In this document: positions 1-14,320 of the stretch, in pieces
Numbering within the stretch: the first letter of the stretch is position 1
How the letters are laid out: each line of letters opens with the position of its first letter
NCBI RefSeq assembly: GCF_006345805.1
Contig: NC_042998.1
Span: 182,528,001-182,592,000 of the forward strand
Direction of reading: 5' to 3'
From: Octopus sinensis
Lineage: Eukaryota
DNA length: 64,000 nt
Translations under genes and position numbers: made by a program
Notes under the pieces: generated by a model
Told to the model about the DNA's origin: nothing
The model's input: only the letters and a program-made list of their open reading frames with translations
Database searches by the model: none

Positions 1-554
1 TGAATGTATACAGATATATATATATATAGATAGATAGATGATAAAGGTTAAAATACAAAAGCCATAATGGTAACAATGTTTAGTCTCAACATTACAATAA
101 ATACACTGCACTTTTACTGTGAGCACATTTCCTCTTGTACGGAAACTAAAACTAACAAATACACATATGCACACATAGTACATACAGACACTCCCATACA
201 CATATACTCACACACACACCCACACACAACACTTTGCATAAGAATTTAAAATGGTCTTCATTCAGTAATTAATTCATCCACATATTTACAACATCATAAT
301 CTTATCTTCAAGATTATGTTTGTTGGCACTACTTTTATAGTAAGAAGGGGTAATTCAATTTTGACTGTTAAATTTTGTCATCAATCAAAAGTTTACAACG
401 CAAACAGTCAAAATTCAAATTTTGGCAGTAACATTACTCTAAAGTGGTAGCAACACATCCAGCATCTCTTCATTCTGAAGATGAGGCCATGAAGTTCTAG
501 GAACGAACTGAAAGGAAATTCTATGAAAATATGAAAAAGAACTTGATAAAAAAA

Positions 555-832
555 ATGTGCCACATAAAAAGCACTTGTGCTGGTATCACGTAAAAAGCAC
601 ACATGCTGCTGCCATGTAAGACCTACCATGATGGAGTCACATAAAAAGTACCTACACTGGTGTCTTGTAAAGAGCCCTCGCTACATTCTGTAAAGTGGTT
701 GGCATTAGCAAGAACATCCAGCTATAGAAATCATGCTAAAATAAACAATTGAAGTCAGGTGCAGCTCTTCAGATTGCTAGCTCCTGTCAAACCATTCAAC
801 ACATGCCAGCATGGAAAACGGATTTTAAATGA
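555..832 (+). mobile_element. Old RTE-LINE 3' tail fragment inside the tandem unit (repeated in each ~3-kb unit)
   Basis: cacataaaaagcac repeats, gtggttggcattag...catccagct...gccagcatggaaaacgga tail shared with the RTE tails elsewhere in the window. Confidence 0.75.
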
Positions 833-851
833 CTTGTTTAGTTTATTTCTT

Positions 852-1156
852 CAGATTTTCTATAGTAATTATAGTCAGCCCTGATTTTGCTCCAACATTT
901 CTTGAGATCGAAGATGAAAACGGATAGTGGGAATACATGAAATATTTCAGGAATTTTTCCTCTTTCATCAGCACCCAGCCAACCCATAAATCATCCATGA
1001 ACAAATTGATTAAACAGCTACTAAATACAGCTGTGTAACTTTACACAATATACCAATTATCAAAAAACATTTGTGAAGCTGCTGCATAAATATTAATGAC
1101 GTATTATTAATGTCAAAACAAAATTAGTGGTGGCTATAATTTCTATAGAAAATCTG
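852..1156. mobile_element. MITE-like element with 23-bp terminal inverted repeats, present in each ~3-kb unit
   Basis: cagattttctatag(a/t)aattatag ... ctataatttctatagaaaatctg; CAG-start TIR followed by TA is mariner-like. Confidence 0.6.
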
Positions 1157-1330
1157 TAGGGATAACTTTAACGAGTGATGTAATAGTTAACACAGCAGAA
1201 CAGAGACTTATAAAAACATTAGATATAATTTGTAGTATATCATGGTCACATAATGAAATACAGTGTCCCTACACATCATTAATATGGACATCATATATAT
1301 GTATGTATGTATTATATGTAAGTATATGTA

Positions 1331-1374
<44 letters not shown>

Positions 1375-1606
1375 TATATATATAGAGAGAGAGAGAGAAA
1401 GAGAGAGAGAGATAGGCTGTCAGGATTTGCATAAGAAATTTTTATTTAGCTCTTTTGTCCTTTTGAGATTTTTATCAACACACTAAATAAATAGTCCGTA
1501 TCCAAATACTACCTCCATTTCTTTTTAATATATAAAATCTGTACATCACCTCAAATATACATACATACATGCTTTTATGTGTACATACATACATATGATA
1601 TATATC

Positions 1607-1645
<39 letters not shown>

Positions 1646-2733
1646 CATACATGCATACATACATACATATATGTATATAGATATCTACATCATATGTGGC
1701 CAATTCTTTCTTTGGGTGTGCTTGTGGATCTGTTAGCTAATTCCTCATACATTGTTTAATCAATTTCAATGAAACTTGACACGTGAGGAGAACTCATGTC
1801 TAGAAACCTCATGGCATACTCAAAACGTTGAAAAATTGACAGAAGGGCCCCTGGAAGGAATCCTTATATATAAACAAGGGAAATAACCCATTCATTTACC
1901 TAAATTATTTGGTAAAAAGGAAATTGAGTATGCTTATTTCTTAGTATTTGAACTGTTAGAATTATTTTAACAATTTATCCAGTACAGCCTTTAAACAAGT
2001 AAATAGTATTTTACTAAACAATAAATCAACTTATTTCGGTTAGTGACTTATTCACGAATATATCAACACCACCACCCCTGAGGGTAATATTCTCAAGGAA
2101 TGCACGAAAGCCCTTTTCAGAGTTATTTACTTTAAATTGTTATCTCAAATTTGATTAGCCTGTTATTATGTAACATGCTTCACGACTATAGAATAATATA
2201 CTTTATTAGTATTTGCTTCTATGTTCTATATACTCTGGGAATGCATTAAAGCCCTTTTTCGGGCTACTTTATTTGAATTCTTACTATCCGATAACTAATT
2301 TCATGTTATTACATAACTTACTTCACAATTTGGGTATTTGTAATATATTTAGAAGTCCTAAAATCAAGATCCTGTGTAAGAGAGTTCAGTATTCTCTATA
2401 GATGCACAAAAACCGTTTTAAGGGATACATAATTTGTATTGCTGTTATTGGATTACATATAATACGTCAAAAAGAAGTGAACTTGTTATGAAATCCACAG
2501 AATAAAACAAGAGTTCCTCTTTAGCGAATATGAAATATAATGTGTTTTCAATGTTATAATGATAAATCATTCCCTTGTAAAGATTCTGATATATTTTTGT
2601 ACAAGAAATATGGTGGCCCTGTTAACATGTTGAATTTAGCAGTTTTATCTATTATGATAGACATATACATACATACACATACATACACACACACATACAC
2701 ACACACATACATACACACATACATACACACACA

Positions 2734-2766
<33 letters not shown>

Positions 2767-2849
2767 TATACTTATACAAATATAGATGCATGTGTACTAA
2801 AGAAGATATTTGCTTACTAAACCGAGGTCAACATGCACAAAGTAATTAC

Positions 2850-2903
2850 CGTTTCAAATTCTGTCACCTCAATTCTGCTAGATTTAGGAGTTTGGACCAT
2901 TTC
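2850..2903 (-). CDS. Micro-exon 19, type A (EMVQTPKSSRIEVTEFET), identical to exon 17
   Basis: Same splice sites and 54-nt sequence as 8869-8922. Confidence 0.85.
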
Positions 2904-4619
2904 CTGTAAGATTAAATGAAATCAGAAACATTATTGTATTAAAATAATAAATTTTCAAAACAAATCATTTCTAATTTGTTAAAAGAACTCATGAATGTAT
3001 ACAGATATATATATATATAGATAGATAGATGATAAAGGTTAAAATACAAAAGCCATAATGGTAACAATGTTTAGTCTCAACATTACAATAAATACACTGC
3101 ACTTTTACTGTGAGCACATTTCCTCTTGTACGGAAACTAAAACTAACAAATACACATATGCACAGAGTACAACACAGACACTCCCATACACATATACTCA
3201 CACACACACCCACACACACACACTTTGCATAAGAATTTAAAATGGTCTTCATTCAGTAATTAATTCATCCACATATTTACAACATCATAATCTTATCTTC
3301 AAGATTATGTGTTGTTGGCACTACTTTTATAGTAAGAAGGGGTAATTCAATTTTGACTGTTAAATTTTGTCATCAATCAAAAGTTTACAACGCAAACAGT
3401 CACAATTCAAATTTTGGCAGTAACATTACTCTAAAGTGGTAGCAACACATTCCAGCATCTCTTCATTCTGAAGATGAGGCCATGAAGTTCTAGGAACGAA
3501 CTGAAAGGAAATTCTATGAAAATATGAAAAAGAACTTGATAAAAAAAATGTGCCACATAAAAAGCACTTGTGCTGGTGTCACGTAAAAAGCACACATGCT
3601 GCTGCCATGTAAGACCTACCATGATGGAGTCACATAAAAAGTACCTACACTGGTGTCTTGTAAAGAGCCCTCGCTACATTCTGTAAAGTGGTTGGCATTA
3701 GCAAGAACATCCAGCTATAGAAATCATGCTAAAATAAACAATTGAAGTCAGGTGCGGCTCTTCAGATTGCTAGCTCCTGTCAAACCATTCAACACATGCC
3801 AGCATGGAAAACGGATTTTAAATGACTTGTTTAGTTTATTTCTTCAGATTTTCTATAGAAATTATAGTCAGCCCTGATTTTGCTCCAACATTTCTTGAGA
3901 TCGAAGATGAAAACGGATAGTGGGAATACATGAAATATTTCAGGAATTTTTCGTCTTTCATCAGCACCCAGCCAACCTATAAATCATCCATGAACAAATT
4001 GATTAAACAGCTACTAAATACAGCAGTGTAACTTTACACAATATACCAATTATCAAAAAACATTTGTGAAGCTGGTGCATAAATATTAATGACGTATTAT
4101 TAATGTCAAAACAAAATTAGTGGTGGCTATAATTTCTATAGAAAATCTGTAGGGATAACTTTAACGAGTGATGTAATAGTTAACACAGCAGAACAGAGAC
4201 TTATAAAAACATTAGATATAATTTGTAGTATATCATGGTCACATAATGAAATACAGTGTCCCTACACATCATTAATATGAACATCATATATATGTATGTA
4301 TGTATTATATGTAAGTATATGTATGTGTGCATATATATATATATATAATATATATATATATATAATATATATAGACCGGAGCTTAAAATAAAGTATATAT
4401 ATATATATATATATATACATATATACATAGAGAGAGAGAAAGCGAGAGAGAGGTAGGCAGTCAGGATTTGCATAAGAAATTTTTATTTAGCTCTTTTGTC
4501 CTTTTGAGATTTTTATCAACACACTAAATAAATATTCGGTATCCAAATACTACCTCCATTTTTTTTAATATACATACATACATGCTTTTATGTGTACATA
4601 CATACATATGATATATATC

Positions 4620-4654
<35 letters not shown>

Positions 4655-5759
4655 CATACATGCATACATACATACATATATGTATATAGATATCTACCTC
4701 ATATGTGGGCAATTCTTTCTTTGGGTGTGCTTGTGGATCTGTTAGCTAACTCCTCATACATTGTTTTATCAATTTCAATGAAACTTGACACGTGAGGAGA
4801 ACTCATGTCTAGAAACCTCATGGCATACTCAAACTGTTGAAAAATTGACAGAAGGGCCCCTGGAAGGAATCCTTATATATAAACAAGGGAAATAACCCAT
4901 TCATTTACCTAAATTATTTGGTAAAAAGGAAATTGAGTATGCTTATTTCTTAGTATTTGAACTGTTAGAGTTATTTTAACAATTTATCCAGTACAGCCTT
5001 TAAACAAGTAAATAGTATTTTACTAAACAATAAATCAACTTATTTCGGTTAGTGACTTATTCACGAATATATCAACACCACCACCCCTGAGGGTAATATT
5101 CTCAAGGAATGCATGAAAGCCCTTTTCAGAGTTATTTACTTTAAATTGTTATCTCAAATTTGATTAGCCTGTTATTATGTAACATGCTTCACGATTATAG
5201 AATAATATACTTTATTAGTATTTCCTTCTATGTTCTATATACTCTGGGAATGCATTAAAGCCCTTTTTCAAGGCTACTTTATTTGAATTCTTACTATCCG
5301 ATAACTAATTTCATGTTATTGCATAACTTACTTCACAATTTGGGTATTCGTAATTTATTTAGAAGTCCTAAAATCAAGATGCTGTGTAAGAGAGTTCAGT
5401 ATTCTCTATAGATGCACAAAAACCGTTTTAAGGGATACATAATTTGTATCGCTGTTATTGGATTACATATAATACATCAAAAAGAAGTGAACTTGTTATG
5501 AAATCCACAGAATAAAACAAGAGTTCCTCTTTAGCGAATATGAAATATAATGTGTTTTCAATGTTATAATGATAAATCATTCCCTTGTAAAGATTCTGAT
5601 ATATTTTTGTACAAGAAATATGGTGGCCCTGTTAACATGTTGAATTTAGCAGTTTTATCTATCATGATAGACATATACATACATACACATACATACACAC
5701 ACACATACACACACACATACATACACACATACATACACACACATACATACATACATACA

Positions 5760-5792
<33 letters not shown>

Positions 5793-5875
5793 TATACTTA
5801 TACAAATATAGATGCATGTGTACTAAAGAAGATATTTGCTTCCTAAACCGAGGTCAACATGTCCAAAGTAATTAC

Positions 5876-5929
5876 CATTTCAAATTCTGTTGAGTCATGT
5901 TTGCTAGATCTAGGAAGTGGGCCCATTGG
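5876..5929 (-). CDS. Micro-exon 18, type B (PMGPLPRSSKHDSTEFEM)
   Basis: Acceptor tttatttaattttacAG, donor ATG|GTaatt, 54 nt, phase 0. Confidence 0.85.
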
Positions 5930-7345
5930 CTGTAAAATTAAATAAAATCAGAAACATTATTGTATTAAAATAATAAATTTTCAAAACAAATCATTTCTAA
6001 TTTGTTAAAAGAACTCATGAATGTATACAGATATATATATATATAGATAGATAGATGATAAAGGTTAAAATACAAAAGCCATAATGGTAACAATGTTTAG
6101 TCTCAACATTACAATAAATACACTGCACTTTTACTGTGAGCACATTTCCTCTTGTACGGAAACTAAAACTAACAAATACACATATGCACACATAGTACAT
6201 ACAGACACTCCCATACACATATACTCACACACACACCCACACACACACACTTTGCATAAGAATTTAAAATGGTCTTCATTCAGTAATTAATTCATCCACA
6301 TATTTACAACATCATAATCTTATCTTCAAGATTATGTGTTGTTGGCACTACTTTTATAGTAAGAAGGGGTAATTCAATTTTGACTGTTAAATTTTGTCAT
6401 CAATCAAAAGTTTACAACGCAAACAGTCAAATTCAAATTTTGGCAGTAACATTACTCTAAAGTGGTAGCAACACATTCCAGCATCTCTTCATTCTGAAGA
6501 TGAGGCCATGAAGTTCTAGGAACGGACTGAAAGGAAATTCTATGAAAATATGAAAAAGAACTTGATAAAAAAATGTGCCACATAAAAAGCACTTGTGCTG
6601 GTATCACGTAAAAAGCACACATGCTGCTGCCATGTAAGACCTACCATGATGGAGTCACATAAAAAGTACCTACACTGGTGTCTTGTAAAGAGCCCTCGCT
6701 ACATTCTGTAAAGTGGTTGGCATTAGCAAGACATCCAGCTATAGAAATCATGCTAAAGTAAACAATTGAAGTCAGGTGCAGCTCTTCAGATTGCTAGCTC
6801 CTGTCAAACCATTCAACACATGCCAGCATGGAAAACGGATTTAAACGACTTGTTTAGTTTATTTCTTCAGATTTTCTATAGAAATTATAGTCAGCCCTGA
6901 TTTTGCTCCAACATTTTTGAGATCGAAGATGAAAACGGATAGTGGGCATACATGAAATATTTCAGGAATTTTTCCTCTTTCATCAGCACCCAGCCAACCT
7001 ATAAATCATCCATGAACAAATTGATTAAACAGCTACAAAATACAGCAGTGTAACTTTACACAATATACCAATTATCAAAAAACATTTGTGAAGCTGGTGC
7101 ATAAATATTAATGACGTATTATTAATGTCAAAACAAAATTAGTGGTGGCTATAATTTCTATAGAAAATCTGTAGGGATAACTTTAACGAGTGATGTAATA
7201 GTTAACACAGCAGAACAGAGACTTATAAAAACATTAGATATAATTTGTAGTATATCATGGTCACATAATGAAATACAGTGTCCCTACACATCATTAATAT
7301 GGACATCATATATATGTATGTATGTATTATATGTAAGTATATGTA

Positions 7346-7384
<39 letters not shown>

Positions 7385-8753
7385 TATATATACACATATA
7401 TATATATATAGAGAGAGAGAGAGAAAGAGAGAGAGAGATAGGTGTCAGGATTTGCATAAGAAATTTTTATTTAGCTCTTTTGTCCTTTTGAGATTTTTAT
7501 CAACACACTAAATAAATAGTCCGTATCCAAATACTACCCCTCCATTTCTTTTATATAAAATCTGTACATCACCTCAAATATACATACATACATGCTTTTA
7601 TGTGTACATACATACATATGATATATATCATGTGTATATATATATATATAATATATATATAATACATACATACATGCATACATACATACATATATGTATA
7701 TAGATATCTACCTCATATGTGGCCAATTCTTTCTTTGGGTGTGCTTGTGGATCTGTTAGCTAATTCCTCATACATTGTTTAATCTATTTCAATGAAACTT
7801 GACACGTGAGGAGAACTCATGTCTAGAAACCTCATGGCATACTCAAAACGTTGAAAAATTGACAGAAGGGCCCCTGGAAGGAATCCTTATATATAAACAA
7901 GGGAAATAACCCATTCATTTACCTAAATTATTTGCTAAAAAGGAAATTGAGTATGCTTATTTCTTAGTATTTGAACTGTTAGAGTTATTTTAACAATTTA
8001 TCCAGTACAGCCTTTAAACAAGTAAATAGTATTTTACTAAACAATAAATCAACTTATTTCGGTTAGTGACTTATTCACGAATATATCAACACCACCACCC
8101 CTGAGGGTAATATTCTCAAGGAATGCACGAAAGCCCTTTTCAGAGTTATTTACTAAATTGTTATCTCAAATTTGATTAGCCTGTTATTATGTAACATGCT
8201 TCACGATTATAGAATAATATACTTTATTAGTATTTCCTTCTATATGTTCTATATACTCTGGGAATGCATTAAAGCCCTTTTTCGGGCTACTTTATTTGAA
8301 TTCTTACTATCCGATAACTAATTTCATGTTATTACATAACTTACTTCACAATTTGGGTATTCGTAATTTATTTAGAAGTCCTAAAATCAAGATCCTGTGT
8401 AAGAGAGTTCAGTATTCTCTATAGATGCACAAAAACCGTTTTAAGGGATACATAATTTGTATTGCTGTTATTGGATTACATATAATACATCAAAAAGAAG
8501 TGAACTTGTTATGAAATCCACAGAATAAAACAAGAGTTCCTCTTTAGCGAATATGAAATATAATGTGTTTTCAATGTTATAATGATAAATCATTCCCTTG
8601 TAAAGATTCTGATATATTTTTGTACAAGAAATATGGTAGCCCTGTTAACATGTTGAATTTAGCAGTTTTATCTATTATGATAGACATATACATACATACA
8701 CATACATACACACACACATACACACACACATACATACACACATACATACACAC

Positions 8754-8785
<32 letters not shown>

Positions 8786-8868
8786 TATACTTATACAAAT
8801 ATAGATGCATGTGTACTAAAGAAGATATTTGCTTCCTAAACCGAGGTCAACATGTCCAAAGTAATTAC

Positions 8869-8922
8869 CGTTTCAAATTCTGTCACCTCAATTCTGCTAG
8901 ATTTAGGAGTTTGGACCATTTC
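8869..8922 (-). CDS. Micro-exon 17, type A (EMVQTPKSSRIEVTEFET)
   Basis: Acceptor tttcatttaatcttacAG, donor ACG|GTaatt, 54 nt; the other two frames contain stops (TGA, TAA), which fixes phase 0. Confidence 0.85.
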
Positions 8923-10341
8923 CTGTAAGATTAAATGAAATCAGAAACATTTTTGTATTAAAATAATAAATTTTCAAAACAAATCATTTCTAATTTGTTA
9001 AAAGAACTCATGAATGTATACAGATATATATATATATATAGATAGATGATAAAGGTTAAAATACAAAAGCCATAATGGTAACAATGTTTAGTCTCAACAT
9101 TACAATAAATACACTGCACTTTTACTGTGAGCACATTTCCTCTTGTACGGAAACTAAAACTAACAAATACACATATGCACACAGAGTACACACAGACACT
9201 CCCATACACATATACTCACACACACACCCACACACACCACTTTGCATAAGAATTTAAAATGGTCTTCATTCAGTAATTAATTCATCCACATATTTACAAC
9301 ATCATAATCTTATCTTCAAGATTATGTGTTGTTGGCACTACTTTTATAGTAAGAAGGGGTATTCAATTTTGACTGTTAAATTTTGTCATCAATCAAAAGT
9401 TTACAACGCAAACAGTCAAAATTTCAATTTGGCAGTAACATTACTCTAAAGTGGTAGCAACACATTCCAGCATCTCTTCATTCTGAAGATGAGGCCATGA
9501 AGTTCTAGGAACGAACTGAAAGGAAATTCTATGAAAATATGAAAAAGAACTTGATAAAAAAAATGTGCCACATAAAAAGCACTTGTGCTGGTGTCACGTA
9601 AAAAGCACACATGCTGCTGCCATGTAAGACCTACCATGATGGAGTCACATAAAGAGGTACCTACACTGGTGTCTTGTAAAGAGCCCTCGCTACATTCTGT
9701 AAAGTGGTTGGCATTAGCAAGAACATCCAGCTATAGAAATCATGCTAAAATAAACAATTGAAGTCAGGTGCAGCTCTTCAGATTGCTAGCTCCTGTCAAA
9801 CCATTCAACACATGCCAGCATGGAAAACGGATTTTAAACGACTTGTTTAGTTTATTTCTTCAGATTTTCTATAGAAATTATAGTCAGCCCTGATTTTGCT
9901 CCAACATTTCTTGAGATCGAAGATGAAAACGGATAGTGGGCATACATGAAATATTTCAGGAATTTTTCCTCTTTCATCAGCACCCAGCCAACCTATAAAT
10001 CATCCATGAACAAATTGATTAAACAGCTACTAAATACAGCAGTGTAACTTTACACAATATACCAATTATCAAAAAACATTTGTGAAGCTGGTGCATAAAT
10101 ATTAATGACGTATTATTAATGTCAAAACAAAATTAGTGGTGGCTATAATTTCTATAGAAAATCTGTAGGGATAACTTTAACGAGTGATGTAATAGTTAAC
10201 ACAGCAGCAAACAGAGACTTATAAAAACATTAGATATAATTTGTAGTATATCATGGTCACATAATGAAATACAGTGTCCCTACACATCATTAATATGGAC
10301 ATCATATATATGTATGTATGTATTATATGTAAGTATATGTA

Positions 10342-10379
<38 letters not shown>

Positions 10380-11710
10380 TACATAGAGAGAGAGAGAAAA
10401 AGAGAGAGAAAGAGAGAGAGACGTAGGCAGTCAGGATTTGCATAAGAAATTTTTATTTAGCTCTTTTGTCCTTTTGAGATTTTTATCAACACACTAAATA
10501 AATAGTCGGTATCCAAATACTACCTCCATTTATTTTTAATATACATACATACATACATGCTTTTATGTGTACATACATACATATGATATATATCATGTGT
10601 ATGTATATATATATATATATATATATATACATACATACATGCATACATACATACATATATGTATATAGATATCTACCTCATATGTGGGCAATTCTTTCTT
10701 TGGGTGTGCTTGTGGATCTGTTAGCTAACTCCTCATACATTGTTTTATCAATTTCAATGAAACTTGACACGTGAGGAGAACTCATGTCTAGAAACCTCAT
10801 GGCATACTCAAACTGTTGAAAAATTGACAGAAGGGCCCCTGGAAGGAATCCTTATATATAAACAAGGGAAATAACCCATTCATTTACCTAAATTATTTGG
10901 TAAAAAGGAAATTGAGTATGCTTATTTCTTAGTATTTGAACTGTTAGAGTTATTTTAACAATTTATCAGTACAGCCTTTAAACAAGTAAATAGTATTTTA
11001 CTAAACAATAAATCAACTTATTTCGGTTAGTGACTTATTCACGAATATATCAATACCACCACCCCTGAGGGTAATATTCTCAAGGAATGCACGAAAGCCC
11101 TTTTCAGAGTTATTTACTTTAAATTGTTATCTCAAATTTGATTAGCCTGTTATTATATAACATGCTTCACGATTATAGAATAATATACTTTATTAGTATT
11201 TCCTTCTATGTTCTATATACTCTGGGAATGCATTAAAGCCCTTTTTCGGGCTACTTTATTTGAATTCTTACTATCCGATAACTAATTTCATGTTATTACA
11301 TAACTTACTTCACAATTTGGGTATTCGTAATTTATTTAGAAGTCCTAAAATCAAGATCCTGTGTAAGAGAGTTCAGTATTCTCTATAGATGCACAAAAAC
11401 CGTTTTAAGGGATACATAATTTGTATTGCTGTTATTGGATTACATATAATACATCAAAAAGAAGTGAACTTGTTATGAAATCCACAGAATAAAACGAGTT
11501 CCTCTTTAGCGAATATGAAATAAATGTGTTTTCAATGTTATAATGATAAATCATTCCCTTGTAAAGATTCTGATATATTTTTGTACAAGAAATATGGTGG
11601 CCCTGTTAACATGTTGAATTTAGCAGTTTTATCTATCATGATAGACATATACATACACATACATACACACACACATACACACACACATACATACACACTT
11701 ACATACACAC

Positions 11711-11742
<32 letters not shown>

Positions 11743-11825
11743 TATACTTATACAAATATAGATGCATGTGTACTAAAGAAGATATTTGCTTCCTAAACCG
11801 AGGTCAACATGTCCAAAGTAATTAC

Positions 11826-11879
11826 CATTTCAAATTCTGTTGACTCATGTTTGCTAGATCTAGGTGATGGGCCCATTCG
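11826..11879 (-). CDS. Micro-exon 16, type B' (RMGPSPRSSKHESTEFEM)
   Basis: Acceptor tttatttaattttacAG, donor ATG|GTaatt, 54 nt, phase 0. Confidence 0.85.
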
Positions 11880-11967
11880 CTGTAAAATTAAATAAAATCA
11901 GAAACATTATTGTATTAAAATAATAAATTTTCAAAACAAATCATTTCTAATTTGTTAAAAGAACTCA

Positions 11968-13141
<1,174 letters not shown>

Positions 13142-13153
13142 TAATGTATACAG

Positions 13154-13184
<31 letters not shown>

Positions 13185-13199
13185 ATATATATAATAATA

Positions 13200-13485
13200 T
13201 AATATTAGGGAATAAATCCAAACTTACAGGGGAAAAATAAGATTTAGGTTTAAATCCAATTTTATAGTATAAATATATTATATTATATTATATTAAATTA
13301 GAGATAAAACCACTATTAGGCAAATCAAATAGTGAAAAACATAAGCCAATACATAAAATTAATTTAAAAATATAAAAGTTAAAAATAAAAAAATATTTAA
13401 ATAACTTTTATATTTTTAAATTAATTTTATGTATTGGCTTATGTTTTTCACTGTTTGATTTGCCTAATAGTGGTTTTATCTCTAA

Positions 13486-13500
<15 letters not shown>
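13200..13500. mobile_element. Penelope-like inverted-repeat remnant inserted in a (TA)n tract
   Basis: ~90-bp arms 13291-13380 and 13403-13492; the same end motif (tgcctaatagtggttttatctc) recurs at ~55180. Confidence 0.6.
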
Positions 13501-13552
<52 letters not shown>

Positions 13553-13904
13553 TGATAAAGTTTAAAATGCAAAAGTCATTTTCTTGAAGCTAAAGATTTA
13601 ATCTGTCGCTGCTTTGAGCTTTCTACAAGTAGTGGTGTGTTTGCATTGTTTCTCACTGGAAAGCTCTTTTAATACACATTTATTCATATGTATTTGCATA
13701 GATAGATTTTAGTATTTATAATACTTGTTGCAGATAAACATTTTCCTATTAGCCATAGATATTATAAGATATAAAAAAGGAATAATGTAATAGTTAAGTG
13801 TAGTTTCTTCAAAGACCTTGCTGCATAAATATATTACCTAAACAAAGGTGTACAACTAAGAACACTTCAAACCAATCACCTGAGTGCACCAGCAAAAGAA
13901 CATC

Positions 13905-14320
13905 ATAGGCACAAGAGTGGCTGTGTGGTAAGTAGCTTGCTTACCAACCACATGGTTTCGGGTTCAGTGCCACTGCATGGCATGTTGGGCAAGTGTCTTC
14001 TACTATAGCCTCAGGCTGACCAAAGCCTTGCAAGTAGATTTGGTAGACGGAAACTGAAAGAAGCCCGTCGTATATATGTATATATATATATATGTGTGTG
14101 TGTGTGTATGTTTGTATGTCTGTGTCTGTCCCCCTAGCATTGCTTGACAACTGATGCTGGTGTGTTTACGTTGCCGTCTCTTAGTGGTTCGGCAAAAGAG
14201 ACCGATAGAATAAGTACTGGGCTTACAAAGAATAAGTCCTGGGGTCAATTTGCTCGACTAAAGGTGGTGCACCAGCATGGCCGCAGTCAAATGACTGAAA
14301 CAAGTAAAAGAGTAAAGAGT
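13905..14320 (+). mobile_element. tRNA-derived octopus-type SINE (family 1). Other copies: 25615-26010(-), 29990-30420(-), 32470-32660(-), 35240-35690(-), 38380-38610(+), 41395-41860(+), 55255-55690(-), 57130-57370(-)
   Basis: ggagtggctgtgtggtaag...gggttcagtcccactg head, internal (TA/TG)n, tail cagcatggccgcagtcaaatgactgaaacaagtaaaagag; many dispersed copies. Confidence 0.85.

Larger units (their letters stand above)
1..11967. repeat. Tandem array of four ~3-kb exon-containing units (starts 1, 2992, 6018, 9011)
   Basis: Near-identical sequence recurs with periods 2991, 3026, 2993 and 2957; the same spurious ORFs repeat in the ORF track. Confidence 0.97.

Noticed and set aside
1-11967. CRISPR-like or satellite interpretation of the regular repeats
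   Set aside because: The context is eukaryotic, the units are ~3 kb with embedded TEs and an exon, and there is no short repeat-spacer structure.
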